Assembly (NCBI GenBank): GCA_965603825.1
Contig: CBFDEM010000010.1
Span: 532,158-596,157 of the forward strand
Source: Blepharisma stoltei ATCC 30299
Taxonomy: Eukaryota; Protista; Ciliophora
Direction: 5' to 3'
DNA length: 64,000 bases
The notes below the pieces were generated by a model, which was given only the letters and a program-made list of their open reading frames with translations, was not told the origin of the DNA and did no database searches. The position numbers and the translations under genes are program-made. Positions 24,859 through 36,964 of this stretch are shown one piece after another; position 1 is the first letter of the stretch; each line of letters opens with the position of its first letter.

Positions 24859-25596
24859 ATGAAAATCGTATTTTTATTAATTACTGCAATATATGCAAGC
24901 AATTTTCCTATGCTTGATCTTCAAGCATCTCTCAAAGTCCCTATATGAACCTCCAATAATTATTGTGGCTGAGCAGGGGTCTACTGTAACAGCAGTAATG
25001 AAGTCTATGCAATTTGTTTAACAGGCCTCCCATTTACAGGCGATCTTGCTGAAGGAATTTTTAGCAGGCTTCCAAAACTTTCGATTTTGGCTATCGTGAT
25101 TGACGACAATTCCCAAGCTCAAGCTTTAACTCTTCCCAGCGATCTTTGCACATTGAATTCTTTGAATCAGCTGGAACTTCACAGATTAAATATAAATACA
25201 GCATTTCCTTCACAAATTCTCAGCTGCACAAAGTTAAAAATTCTCCATATGGCTTATTGTGGATTGACAGGAACTTTGCCTGATTTCTCTAATATGAACA
25301 ACCTGGAGACGCTAGATTTGAATGGAAATAAGTTTACAGGAAGCATTTCTCAATCTATAGCAAATTTACCAAATTTAGTAACTTTGCAATTATTCAGTAA
25401 TTCACTTAGTGGAAGTCTGCCTAGCTTTGCATCAAACAACTTGGCTTCACTTGATGTAAGGAATAATGCCCTCACAGGATCAGTTCCTTCTGATTTGTTT
25501 TCTAAATCAAGCATAGACTATTTTGGGTTTGATGGAAATCAAATGACAGTTCCTGAAATTTGCAAAGATAAGCCATTTTGTATCCCGTTTTCTTAA
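24859..25596 (+). CDS. Secreted plant-type leucine-rich-repeat protein, 245 aa
   Basis: Signal peptide MKIVFLLITAIYA. LRRNT cap YCG(W=TGA)AGVYC. LxLxxNxLxGxLP repeats. Confidence 0.9.
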
Positions 25597-26342
25597 GTGA
25601 TTGAATAGATTTTAATTAAAACATATTGCCGAATCATTCTCTTACTTATCAAATTAATCACTCAATTTTCATAGTCCATCATGAATCTCTACAATTTTCT
25701 CAATTAAAAAATATAATAATTAAATAATTAGCTTGATATATAATCCTTTCTATTATATCTAAGAGTTTCACGATGGCCAAGAAAGTTTTGAATTGCAGGA
25801 TGATAATTATCAAAACTATTTCTCAAGGTCTATAATGCCTTGGATGATAAATAATGCTGATCGCATAAAATTATTATTATTACTAAGTTATTATAATGAG
25901 ATCTCTAATATAAGCCCTAAATTGCTAAGTTAATATAATTCTCTATCTTATCTTCTCCCCACATGCACCTATTATTATTTCTGACAAAAACCCTTTCTCC
26001 AAAAAACTATTTTAAAATTAATTTTAAAAGAACTAAGCTAGCTATCACTGACAGAATTAAGATAATTAAGCAGAATTCTTGACAATGTATTTTACAAGAT
26101 AACTTTCAGGATTTTTATTTGGAAATCCACAATGCAAGGTTGCACTATAGCGAAGAGTTTCTGTGTAAGTCTTATAGTCACTGGATATATATTACCTTTC
26201 AAGATGGGTCAACTCTGATAATACTTTGGCAGCTTTATCATCGTTAAATAAGCCACTTGTAAGCTTCTGACTATATTTTACACTGAAGTTTAAATCGTGT
26301 TCCATATTTATTATTATCACCAAACTCATTTTGATTATATAA

Positions 26343-28178
26343 TTATTTGTCTAATTTTAAGCGATTTTCTAAATTAGTGCGTTTTTTTGAAAGGAAAGGA
26401 AAACTTTCATCGCCAAAGTATTTCTTTGAAATTGGAGATATATCAGGTGTTACTGATTTATATGTGTCTATTTCACCTTTTTGCGGTAAAGAAATTGTCC
26501 GTTTCGGAGTAATTGTAGGGGTTTTAGAATACTCAAAAATTGAGAACGATTGGTCAGCAGTTTCTTCGGTTTCTCGAGGAGAATCCCTGCCAAAAGAATT
26601 TTCTGAAAATTTTTCTTTGAAAATTCCTTTTAATTTTTCTGAATAAATATTATAGACTTCTCCCATTTTTCGCTTATTTTTGACCGTTTTTTTGATTCGA
26701 TTAATTTCAGATTTAAAATCGAAATTTGATCGGGCATTCGGATCTTTCGGGCATTTGTGGGGAGAATGTCCATTTTTCTTGCAATTTGAGCAAAAAAGGG
26801 ATCTTTCAGGGTTTTCTTCTTCATTGTCGCTGTCGATTAAATTTTGATTTTCGTGCTTGCTTCTTTGGCATCCTGAGCTTTCTTTATTTGTATTTCCACA
26901 GCACCAATACATTTGGCCATTTCATATATTGCCATGTGTAGAACAAGACCAATTATAATTATTTTTCTCGAAATAAGGTTTTCTGCATTTTTTGCATAGT
27001 TTTTCTTCTGTTTCTCTCACAGCTTTATGCTTAGCTTTCAGTGCCTTGAGCCTTTCTTTCATTTTTTCATATTCCATATTAAAATCATTGAATTCTTTTT
27101 CTTTCTTTGAAAACTCTTGCTCACTGTCTTTCGTCCTCGCAATTTCTCGTTTGAGCTGATTTTTTTTGTTATTAAAATAATCTGTGATCACAAATCTAAG
27201 TTTTTTCACCTCCTCTTTAATATTTTGTCTACTAGAAATATTGTCATAGTTAGAAATGACTAATTTGAAATTTTGCCACATACACTTGCCTGCCTCATAA
27301 CTTTCTGTTTGCTCTATTTTATTTAGATTTTCATTTAAATTTTTCCATGAAGACAGTGAGGCTGATAAAATATCCTCGAATTGAGAAGACGATAATAAAG
27401 ATGTGCAGGATTCAAAAAATCCTTTTAGTCTTTCTCCCATAATATCACTTCGCATTCTATATAGATCATTTCAATGAAGCAGGGTTTTTGATTTTTCTTT
27501 TAATTCCATATTGAAATTCTTTTCTTTGTAGTAAGAATTTTCCAATTCGATTTTTTCTGTTTGACTTTTTTCATACATAGATTTTGATTCCAGCAGATCT
27601 TGCCTTGTCCCAGTTATGCCTAAAACTACAAATTTATTTCTTTTATCTGTCTCTTTAAGCATATATCTTATGCTATTCAAATTTGTTTTATCCCTCAGCA
27701 GCTTTTCTTTTAATGCATTAAGCTCAATTTCGACTGTATTTTTCTCAGTCACCACTTTTTCATAATTGTTTTTAATTTTTTCTAAACCAACAAGCTCTTT
27801 GCTTAAAATTTCTTTCAGTAAATCACTTAATTTTTCTAATGGCTTTTTATCTTTCAACAGCCTATTCGGCGACATTCCGTAAGCAGATACTCGTTTTCTT
27901 GCTGAAGTAGCTCGTTTTTGTGTGTCAAACATCGGCAGCAAGTACTTTTTTACCACTTCTAAAGCCATTTCCCTTGAAATTTTTGGCCTTACATTTGATT
28001 TTCTGTTTTTCAGTTTTTCAATATTTGGATACAAAGTCTCAACCATGTGGGATTTGCCAATCGAACTCAAAGACCTATGGTAAAGCCAATTAGATGGAGA
28101 GTAATCCATAGGGGAACTTGGACTATGTGACCGTTTTCGAATTATCCTTGATGATCCATATGTAAAAGAATTTTCCAT
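26343..28178 (-). CDS. Coiled-coil protein with a Cys/His Zn motif and a CCHC zinc knuckle, 611 aa
   Basis: Three track ORFs join in frame via TGA. Motifs CKKC..CSTH..WCC..GC..H and CSNCKKNGHSPHKC. Confidence 0.85.
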
Positions 28179-28546
28179 AATAGTTTAAAATTAATGAATA
28201 AAACAGATTTTAACAAATTGATATGACGTAAAATTTTCTTTTAGCTGTAAAATTTGAATATTAGAATTGAGGGAGCTTTTATTTAATTTAAAATTCATAT
28301 ATCACGGTCTAATACATTTTATTTATTATTACTAAATAAGTCATAAACTTGAAATTAATATGATCAAACATTAATGAATTTATAGAGCCTTGCCATTGCT
28401 TAATTTTCTTGATAATAAATGAAATTGCGACATAAAGAAAATGATATTTAAAGAGGAAGCTTAAAAGATTTGTTGAGTAAATTGCTAATAATATTGCGCT
28501 ATTATTTCAAATTAGATTACATCTAATTATTTACATAAGTGTCACT

Positions 28547-29842
28547 ATGATAAGTATTTTTATTGATAAAATGGATCAAGTATTTTGTGCGTTAACATTA
28601 TCCCAGATTATTTCGCTTTCAGCAACAGCCTTAATCGAACCATTTCTCATTGATGAAGCCAAAAATCATGACATTTCTACAGATTTTTTAAAATTTGCAA
28701 TAATTTTATCATTATCTCTCCCAATAGTCACTTCTCCAATAATTGGGAAAAATTTACAAAGATTTGGCAGACGAAAATTATTTGTAATTAGCTGCATTTT
28801 GCAAGGAATTCCTTTTTTATTCTTCAGCTTGCTGTCTCATATAAACAGTGCCTTTTACCTATTTTTGTCTCTAATTGCTTTTATAATTTTCGCACTCGGC
28901 CTCTCAATTTCCCTTACAAGTACAATTTCTTTTGTTGCTCTTTATTACCCTACTTTTATGGAATCGAGGCTGGGAAGAGTTCAGATCTTATCTACATTCG
29001 GAGCAATGATCGTAGCTTCATTTGGGATTACAATGTATAATGTTTTTGGATTTACAGTATTTTGCCTTGTTTTTGGCATTGGGATTTTTATATATACTCC
29101 TATTATCTATCAATTACTTCCAGAAGACAATAAATATGTAGAGCTCGACGAGGTAATCCAATTCAAAAAAATCATCAGACTGCCTTCGATAGAAATCACA
29201 GGGATGCTGCAAATTTTTGCTTATGCTTCATATAGCTTTTTAGGGCCAGTTTTAAGCAGCTATTTACTTACTTTTAATCTTACAGCAAAATCTATGACAC
29301 TTATAGTGTTTTTATTAAACATTTCTTTTGGATTAGGGTTAGCTGGCATCAGGTTTATAAATATTGATAGAAAGTACTTTATGGTGATTGGCATATTCTG
29401 TGTTGGCTTAGGAGATTTATTTTTACTTATTCATAATGAATGAGTTTTGGGCTTGTCTTTAACGCTACTTGGGTTTGGGACTTCTTTTAGTACACTTACA
29501 GTCTTGCCAGACATGATAGACACCGCGATGCAAGTGTTTAATTACTATAATGATTCGCATGTATCAGATTTTATATCTGGAATCATTAGTGCCTTATGAT
29601 GCAGTGGAAATTTAATCGGCTACTTGATTGCAAAATCTTTGTATAAATCTATTGGGTTTAATTTTTGCGAAGCCATCATGGGGGTTGCGACTTTAATATT
29701 TTGCTTAGGATTTGCAGGATATTTGAGACTAAACAAGCCAATTAGACGTAAAGCATCTAAAACAATTTTGCTCGGACATGAATTAGACAATATTTCTCAA
29801 AACACTGAAATGACATCATTCAACTTAAACTCACAACATTAA
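28547..29842 (+). CDS. MFS transporter (SLC18B1-like), 431 aa
   Basis: Multiple TM helices and RFGRRK motif A. Open across 2 TGA codons. Confidence 0.85.
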
Positions 29843-30025
29843 ATATAATCGATATAGCCAATTATTAAGATTGTTGATAGTTCTTAAAATATTTTGCATT
29901 CCAAATCTATAAAATTAAGTTTTTGCTTCTATTATTCACCCCGATATTATTTTTAATTAATGAATTTAATACCAAAAATTGAATCAAATATATTTAGAAA
30001 TCATTGTGATTTTATTTGTAAGTAA

Positions 30026-31288
30026 ATGGACTGAAGCTTAATCGCTTTACTTTTAGCACAAATCTTATCTTGCTCAGTTTATTCTATTATTGCACCTTTT
30101 TTCCCATCAGAAGCGCACAAAAAGAATATAGGAAGTGGCTTAGTAGGAGTTATCTTCAGTGGGTATCCGATTGCAGCAAGCTTATCGTCTTTATTTTTTG
30201 CAAAATTCATATCAAAAATAGGAAGGAAAAGGCTTTTATTATTAGGCTGTCTATGTGAAGGCTTTTCTATGCTTGGTTTTGGAACTGCTCCTTTTTTTCC
30301 AAGAAATTCATTTATTGTCATCACACTTATATCAAGGTTTTGCCAGGGGCTTGGTGCTGGCGCTATCAGCACGGCAACTTTTGCTATTATCGCTTGCGTA
30401 TATAGTGAGAAAATTGAACTTGTTTTAGGATTTGTACAATCTGTAACTGGGGTTGGGTTTTTGATGGGCCCTCTCGTAGGGTCCGGGCTTTATGCGCTTG
30501 AAGGTTTCTCTTTTCTGTTTTTTACTTATGGGACAATTTTTTTAATTTTTGTGCCAATTATGCATTTTATGCTTCCAAGAGACACGAAATATGCAAAAAC
30601 AAAAGATGATATAGAATTAAAGAATTTTTTTAGGATTCCTACAGTAGTTTTTGATGGAATTTTGCAGATTTTGTCGATAACCTCTTTTAGCTTTTTAAAT
30701 CCTACTTTTTCGGACCATTTAGCCACTTATGGGATCAGCACAGCTGAGTCAGGAATTATGTTTACAATTCCTTCAGTAATGTATGCACTGTCAGTTTTTA
30801 TATTGAATTATATACATTTAGGCAGAAAATCTATTATGATTATTGGACTAGCAATTGTAGGCATAGCTGATTTTCATCTAGGGCCATGAAAATATGCGCT
30901 TTTGCCTCACAAATTGTGGGTTGTTATTGTGTCTTTAGCAGTTTTTGGGTTTGGGATGGGACTTTGCCAACTTCCAGCACTGCCTGATATGGTTGAAGAC
31001 TCTAAAAAGGTTCTAAATCAATATACAGAATTTCAAGTATCAGACTCTCTTTCAGGAATTTTGGCATCTGCATTTTATCTAGGGGAAATGATTGGCCCAC
31101 CTCTAGCAGGGATTTTAACTGATGAAATTGGCTTTGCGAATTCTGAAGCTGCAATAGGTATGACTCTATTAATTTATGCTATAGTTTACATCACGTTTTG
31201 CTATTTGCATCAAAAGAAAAATAAATACAAAGCAAATAGTTTGCTAATTGAGAAAGATATAGAATTAGAAATAAAAATTGATAAATAA
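30026..31288 (+). CDS. MFS transporter (SLC18B1-like), 420 aa, tandem paralog
   Basis: IAPFFPSEA, KIGRK, SRFCQGLG and GFLMGPLVG. ATG 30026 is in frame via TGA. Confidence 0.9.
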
Positions 31289-31451
31289 TTATCGTTTAGC
31301 AGTGATTTATACTCATAAAGCTAATGCATATAATAAAATTACTTCTTAAATCTGCTTTAGGGTATTTCATCCTTTTTCTTCTCTCATAAACCATTTAAAA
31401 AGATAAAGATATTCCATATTGCTTTATGGAAAATCAGACCGTTAAAAATAA

Positions 31452-32024
31452 ATGATTTTTTATATTTTATTATGTCTAGCAAGTGAAGTCTTCGGAGATG
31501 GTGTCAAATATATCAAAAAAGGCCTGATGCTTAAATGAAAATTTTTGCCAGAGGAAGAAATTCAATTCCAATTATATATCCCTCAAGTAATTGCTGATGA
31601 TCTAGGGTGGGCTGGAATCGGCTTTAAATACCCTGAAGATGATAGATACATGACAAATGCTGATATGGTGAATATTATTTTTGGAGAATCTATTTATGAT
31701 TGTATAGCCCTGTCTAACGGAAGCCTTACATTGGATACTGATGTAAATGGGACAAATGATTTGGTAGTAGATCCTACTATTTATGATGATATTCACGTTA
31801 TTTTTACGTGGAGACGCAAACTCATCACAGATGATCCTAATGATATTATTTTTATCAAAGGTAATGAGTATAATCTTTTGTGGGCAATCGGCATAATGAA
31901 AAATGGAAACCAACTCAAGCATTTTAAATCAGGTCGTGGATTTGAATCGATTGTGCTTTCTGATGATTATTTTGATAATTCAGTGATAGGTGTAGAAAAT
32001 GACTCTTTCCTCTCTGATGATTAA
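31452..32024 (+). CDS. Secreted DOMON-domain protein, 190 aa
   Basis: Signal peptide, then LK(W)K, GWAGIGF, MTNADMV, WRRKLITDD and LLWAIG..KH. Confidence 0.85.
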
Positions 32025-32082
32025 TTAAAAATAAAATTTTATGAGAAATATACAAAATTATTGATATAAAAAATTTTAAACA

Positions 32083-35000
32083 TTAATTGATAGTGATATT
32101 TGTTTGGGCTGTTGCAGACCTGTCATGCTTTACTTTAGAGCTCCAAAAATTTTTATTTGAAATTGAATGATTTATTTTATTTGCAGTACTGCCTTCACCT
32201 AAAGCGAGAATTTCTGCTCCATTTTTTCTGCCAATATATAATCTTGCCAAAATGTCTTTATAAATTTTTTTCAAGACTTCTTCTGAGGTGTCCAAGTTTA
32301 TTGAAGTCTCTAATTGCAAACTAAGTATTTTATTTTTGGAATCAACTGCTTCAACTAGAATTCCTTTGCTATTTTTAAGCAAAGAGACCACATATTGCTT
32401 ATCTTGAATAGATGTAATTGTTTTTAGTAGAAGTTTTTTAGGCTTAGAACTAAAAAAGCCATTCAAAATTTTCTGGCTTGTAAAGCTTTTTGGTGAAACA
32501 TTTAAAGATTTAAAAGAAGTGATATTGCTTTCTTCTTTTAATTTTTTTTCTTTTTCAGACTTATGCACATGATGTTTGTGATACTTTTTCCTTTTTAATG
32601 CATCACTTGGCTTCTCCAACTTAGAAAGTTCATTTCTTGTTTCATTCAAAGAAATCAGCCTTAGTAAATTTTTCGACTGGGTATTTGAGGCATTTAATAA
32701 TGTCGCTGGAGATCTCGTATCGCTAAGGCTTAGATTAATATTTGGTAATAATCTTTTTGTACTAGGCCGAATATTTGGTTGTGGGGTATATCTTTTTTCA
32801 TAATATAGTTTTCTTATAATCCCTTGATCATGAATACCTAAATTCGGAAGAATTTTTTCTTCCAAAAATTTTTTCCTCGTGGTATCTCCAATCACTTTCA
32901 AAATATCACTGCCAAGATACATTGCAATAATTTCCCTCCCATGCTCAGCTTCAATTTTTATCCTTCCACTTTGAGCATATGCATAAATTATATACTTTTT
33001 CCCATTAATTTCTTTCATTTTCATTGCAATAAGTCCATGCTCTGAATGCTTATGTATTTTTCCGATGCTTTTTCTAACTCTTCAACCTCTGAAGAATTTT
33101 TGTATTTTATTGACTTTTTCATTCAAATTTAATTTTGGGACATCCAAGTTTAAATTTATGCTAAATTCGCCGACTTGCAGACAGTTATCTAGTAAATATA
33201 TGGACAAAGGAACAATTCATTCTTTCTGGATGCCTGTGCTGCTACATACCATTTTTAGATCAACTGAAAGCTGTTTTCTTGAAAAAGTTGTGACCACAGG
33301 CGTTACATCAAAAATGAGAATTTCTGTTTCCTGGCCTTTTGTAATGCTAAAAATGGTATCAAGCCCAATTTTGACGACACATTTTTTAAAATTCAGTACT
33401 CTTCTTCTGCTTAATATTAGATTTTCATCAGTAATGCTCACAAAAGAAGACAAAGAATCCCCTGAATATCTCCTTTTAGACCTTACCAAAACTAGCTCAT
33501 TGTCTATAATCTGAACTTCTCTAAACAGCACTTCACCGTCTATTTTTTTATGCATTTTTTTGAGTTTCGATATAGGGAATGTTTTTGCGTATTTTCATTC
33601 CCCAGTTTTTGGCTTATGGACTGAATAAACTTCTATGGTATAATCATTTGGGGCTTCGAAAATACTCACCATGTACTCCTCATCTCCAATTATTTTAGCT
33701 CTATGGATGACAAGCTTTCTCTGCGATTCCTTTCGTTTTCTAATTAAAAGCCGTTTTGCGATGACAACTCTGACGAACCGCTGGATGATTAAAGTTGCGG
33801 CTTTATAAGAGAGGCCTTCTTCTCGTCCATGCTCAAAAAAAGAATAATCTTTTATTTGGACATCTATATTGGCAGTTCCAGAATAATTTCGTAAAAATGC
33901 TGGCTTGCCATTAATTACTTCTAAAGCGTCTACTATAAGTCTTGGGTCTTGCAACTGGGAGTATCCAAAAATATAGAACGATGGGTCTATTAATTTTTCA
34001 TATAATTCCCGAGTGTTCATATCTTGGATTTTTACTAAAATCCCTTTTTTACTAGAATATACAGAAATCATATAAGGAGTTTTTCCTATATACCTTATAG
34101 ATCTGCATAAAAGTTTATAGCGAGATTCTCTATACCTTTTTAGAACCAACAGTTTCTTTAATTCTATAGCCATTTTCCGCTTATAAAACTTCTGAATAGT
34201 TTCAGCTGCCTTTTTTTCTATTTTTGAGTATTTTCTATCAGATAAAATTATTGCGTGAATTTTATAATGGTTTGGATTTAGCTTAATTTTTATCGGCGAT
34301 TTTGGTCTCAACGGAGCATTTTCTGAGTCATTATTTTCATTATGTGACTCTGGAGACTCACTAATATTATTTTCAGTTAGGGTTTGAATGTGCTTATATT
34401 GATTAATACAAAGCTCATTTGAATTTGATAAATAAATGTAATCAGAAATTTTATCGTAATTTTCAGGGATCACTTCAACCTTAATTCTAAGAATATTAGC
34501 AAGCTCTCCTTTAGATAAGCATAAGTAACTATGAATAGGAATTGCTTCTATGGATTCCACTTCAATTAAAATGCTTTCCTTCATATTTTCGCCTTCAACC
34601 TCATAGTAGAAGATGTCAAAATTAAATTTTGTATTTAATTTTCCAACAGTATTGTACACTAAAAGTTTTGAAATTTGCTTCGAAACAGACTTTTTAGATA
34701 TTATGATTTTTTCATCTTGAATATCTAAATGCTTAATTAGTTTATGAATGTGTGTATATACTTCAGAATTTTCTCAAAAATCAAGGATTTCACAAATTTC
34801 TGGAATGCTCATTGTGAGGGATTCAGGGTGCTGAAGCTTTTTTAATGGGTAAGCTTCAAATCTTATATGCTCATTTCCTTTTATGATTTCCTTGTACAAA
34901 CTTATCACATATATACACCTGAAAAAGATTTTTTGAGTGCGTATCAGCAAGTTTCCATTCAGTCACTCACGCTTTGGCTTCAATAATTTTAGCAAATTAA

Positions 35001-35112
35001 ATTTTTTTTTGAATCTTTCAGTTTCCAAAGTCTGAGCGGTAGCTCTTTGAGACATTTCTTCGCTTTTATGTAGAGAGTGTCAGGCTTTTATTTCAGTTTT
35101 ATCCATTTTCAT
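32083..35112 (-). CDS. IQ-motif (calmodulin-binding) protein, 1009 aa
   Basis: Single frame with TGA=Trp. IQ motifs IQKFYKR, IQRFVR and IQKFFRG(W)RVRK. Confidence 0.85.
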
Positions 35113-35526
35113 TTGAAAGTCATTAATTTAAAATCTTTATTTGACTGCTCTCAGTATCACCTAGGAGTAAAACACTTCGAAAATTTTTGGGTCTATTTTG
35201 TGCTTAGATATGAAATTAAGAAAGTAAATTTTTTTCTAATAAAATCCTTATAATGCTAAAATATAATAAATATTCTATTGAAAAATTGAATTTTTTACTC
35301 TAAAATTTGCTAAGAAATATTGATCAATTATAAAGAGATTATTGTTTATTTTCATTTGAAAAATATTGGGTTTTATAAATATTATTTGTATTTAATCTAT
35401 ATCTCAATTTTTTAATATTATGAAAATATAAATAATATGAAATCGAACAATATGCAAATTTCAAGATGAATCCATATCGAAGACAGGTATAAATAGCTGA
35501 ATAGAAACAATATTTGCAATAAAAAT

Positions 35527-35850
35527 ATGGGAGGAGACCAGCCGAAAAATAAATTAATAAGAAGCCATCATAAAGTTTCAAGAAGTAGAAAGAAATGCGA
35601 AAAAGATGAGAATAAGGAGAAGGTGAAAGCAGCAAAAATCCCTTCGGAGATTAAAAAGATTGAAAAATCAACAGAAAAGAGTCCAAAAGTTGTGAAAATC
35701 TCTAAGGATAAAATTAAACACAAGCACAAAAATCCTGAGCCATCATTCGATGATCCTTTAAGGGCATTTTATGAAAGTTTATTACAACAAAACCCAAATA
35801 GCCAAATGGCAAGAAAATATTGCATTGAGCATGGAATTTTAAAGGAGTAA
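35527..35850 (+). CDS. Small Lys-rich protein with a conserved-looking C-terminal domain
   Basis: ATG..TAA ORF ending in DPLRAFYESLLQQNPNSQMARKYCIEHGIL. Confidence 0.75.
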   Translation: MGGDQPKNKLIRSHHKVSRSRKKCEKDENKEKVKAAKIPSEIKKIEKSTEKSPKVVKISKDKIKHKHKNPEPSFDDPLRAFYESLLQQNPNSQMARKYCIEHGILKE

Positions 35851-35880
35851 TAGTTAATTAAAATTGCATTAAAAAATACA

Positions 35881-36705
35881 TTACTTGTAGTGGCTATGAG
35901 GCTTTTCTTGGCCAAACATTTTTAGGGTGCTCGGAGATATCACTTGAAAATGCTTTGCCGAAGCAAGAAACTTGCTTTTATTCGCTTTCGTTATTAGTCT
36001 TTCCATCTTAATCCTATGCTCGATTGCTCTTTCTTGGAAGGTATTAGAAATCGCAGCACTTTCTTTTTGCTCAGCATGCATTGTTTTATGTCCAATTTTT
36101 GAATTCATTGTGAAGGTCTTTAATGACTGGCTTCTGTTGATGTTTGAGCTCCAGAGATCTGATCTCGAGGCTTTTTCTCCTAGATCTAGATCTCTGCTTT
36201 CGTTTGGCAGCTTGAAGCTTGAAACTGGAGAAATTCCTTGAATGCTTGATTCTTGATTTTTCACCTGCATGTTCACATTTCCAAAATCTCTTTTCTTTAA
36301 TTCTTCAAATTTTAAAGGTGAGTCGGCTTTGGAGATCGTCAATAGCTTCTGCCTTCTTCTCACTTCGTTTTTTATTTTCGTTTTGCCTTCCATATAGGCT
36401 TGATCGGTTTTATGGAAATCTTTCATTGAAATTTTTTCAGCTGGAGGGTTCATGGTTGTCAATAAGTTTTGTAATAGTTTATCAATTTTAGTTTTTTCTT
36501 TGTTTTTCGCAGAGCCCAGCTGAGAAGTAGGTGTGCCTTCTATTAAGCTAATCAAACTTGTAAATCTTTTTGCACGATTCAATTTCAAGCGGCCTTCATG
36601 CGGACTTAAGATTTGAGAACGGGTTGATATAGAAATTTGTGAGTTATACGGGGATTTTTCATGAAGCGGAGATATAGTTTTGGTGTGACCTCTATGAATG
36701 GACAT
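35881..36705 (-). CDS. Hypothetical basic low-complexity protein, 274 aa
   Basis: ATG..TAA ORF with coding-like composition. Confidence 0.75.
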   Translation of the reverse strand: MSIHRGHTKTISPLHEKSPYNSQISISTRSQILSPHEGRLKLNRAKRFTSLISLIEGTPTSQLGSAKNKEKTKIDKLLQNLLTTMNPPAEKISMKDFHKTDQAYMEGKTKIKNEVRRRQKLLTISKADSPLKFEELKKRDFGNVNMQVKNQESSIQGISPVSSFKLPNESRDLDLGEKASRSDLWSSNINRSQSLKTFTMNSKIGHKTMHAEQKESAAISNTFQERAIEHRIKMERLITKANKSKFLASAKHFQVISPSTLKMFGQEKPHSHYK

Positions 36706-36964
36706 ATTGATTAACTTTATGTGAATTTTCAGCTCTTTAGATAAAATAAAGGCTGCAAAATTTTTTCACTTTATATTTATCTTTACTCTATCAAAAATAG
36801 GCATAATATATTTTTAATAAAAATATATAACTGGCCAATTTTCTAGCCTGAAACTCCTAGTAAAATTAGAAATTAAAAAAATTTAAATAATATCGCTTTG
36901 ATTCTATTCAATTAATTCTCTCATTTGATTTAAAAAATCTGTTTCTCAAATTAATGGTAAATAA

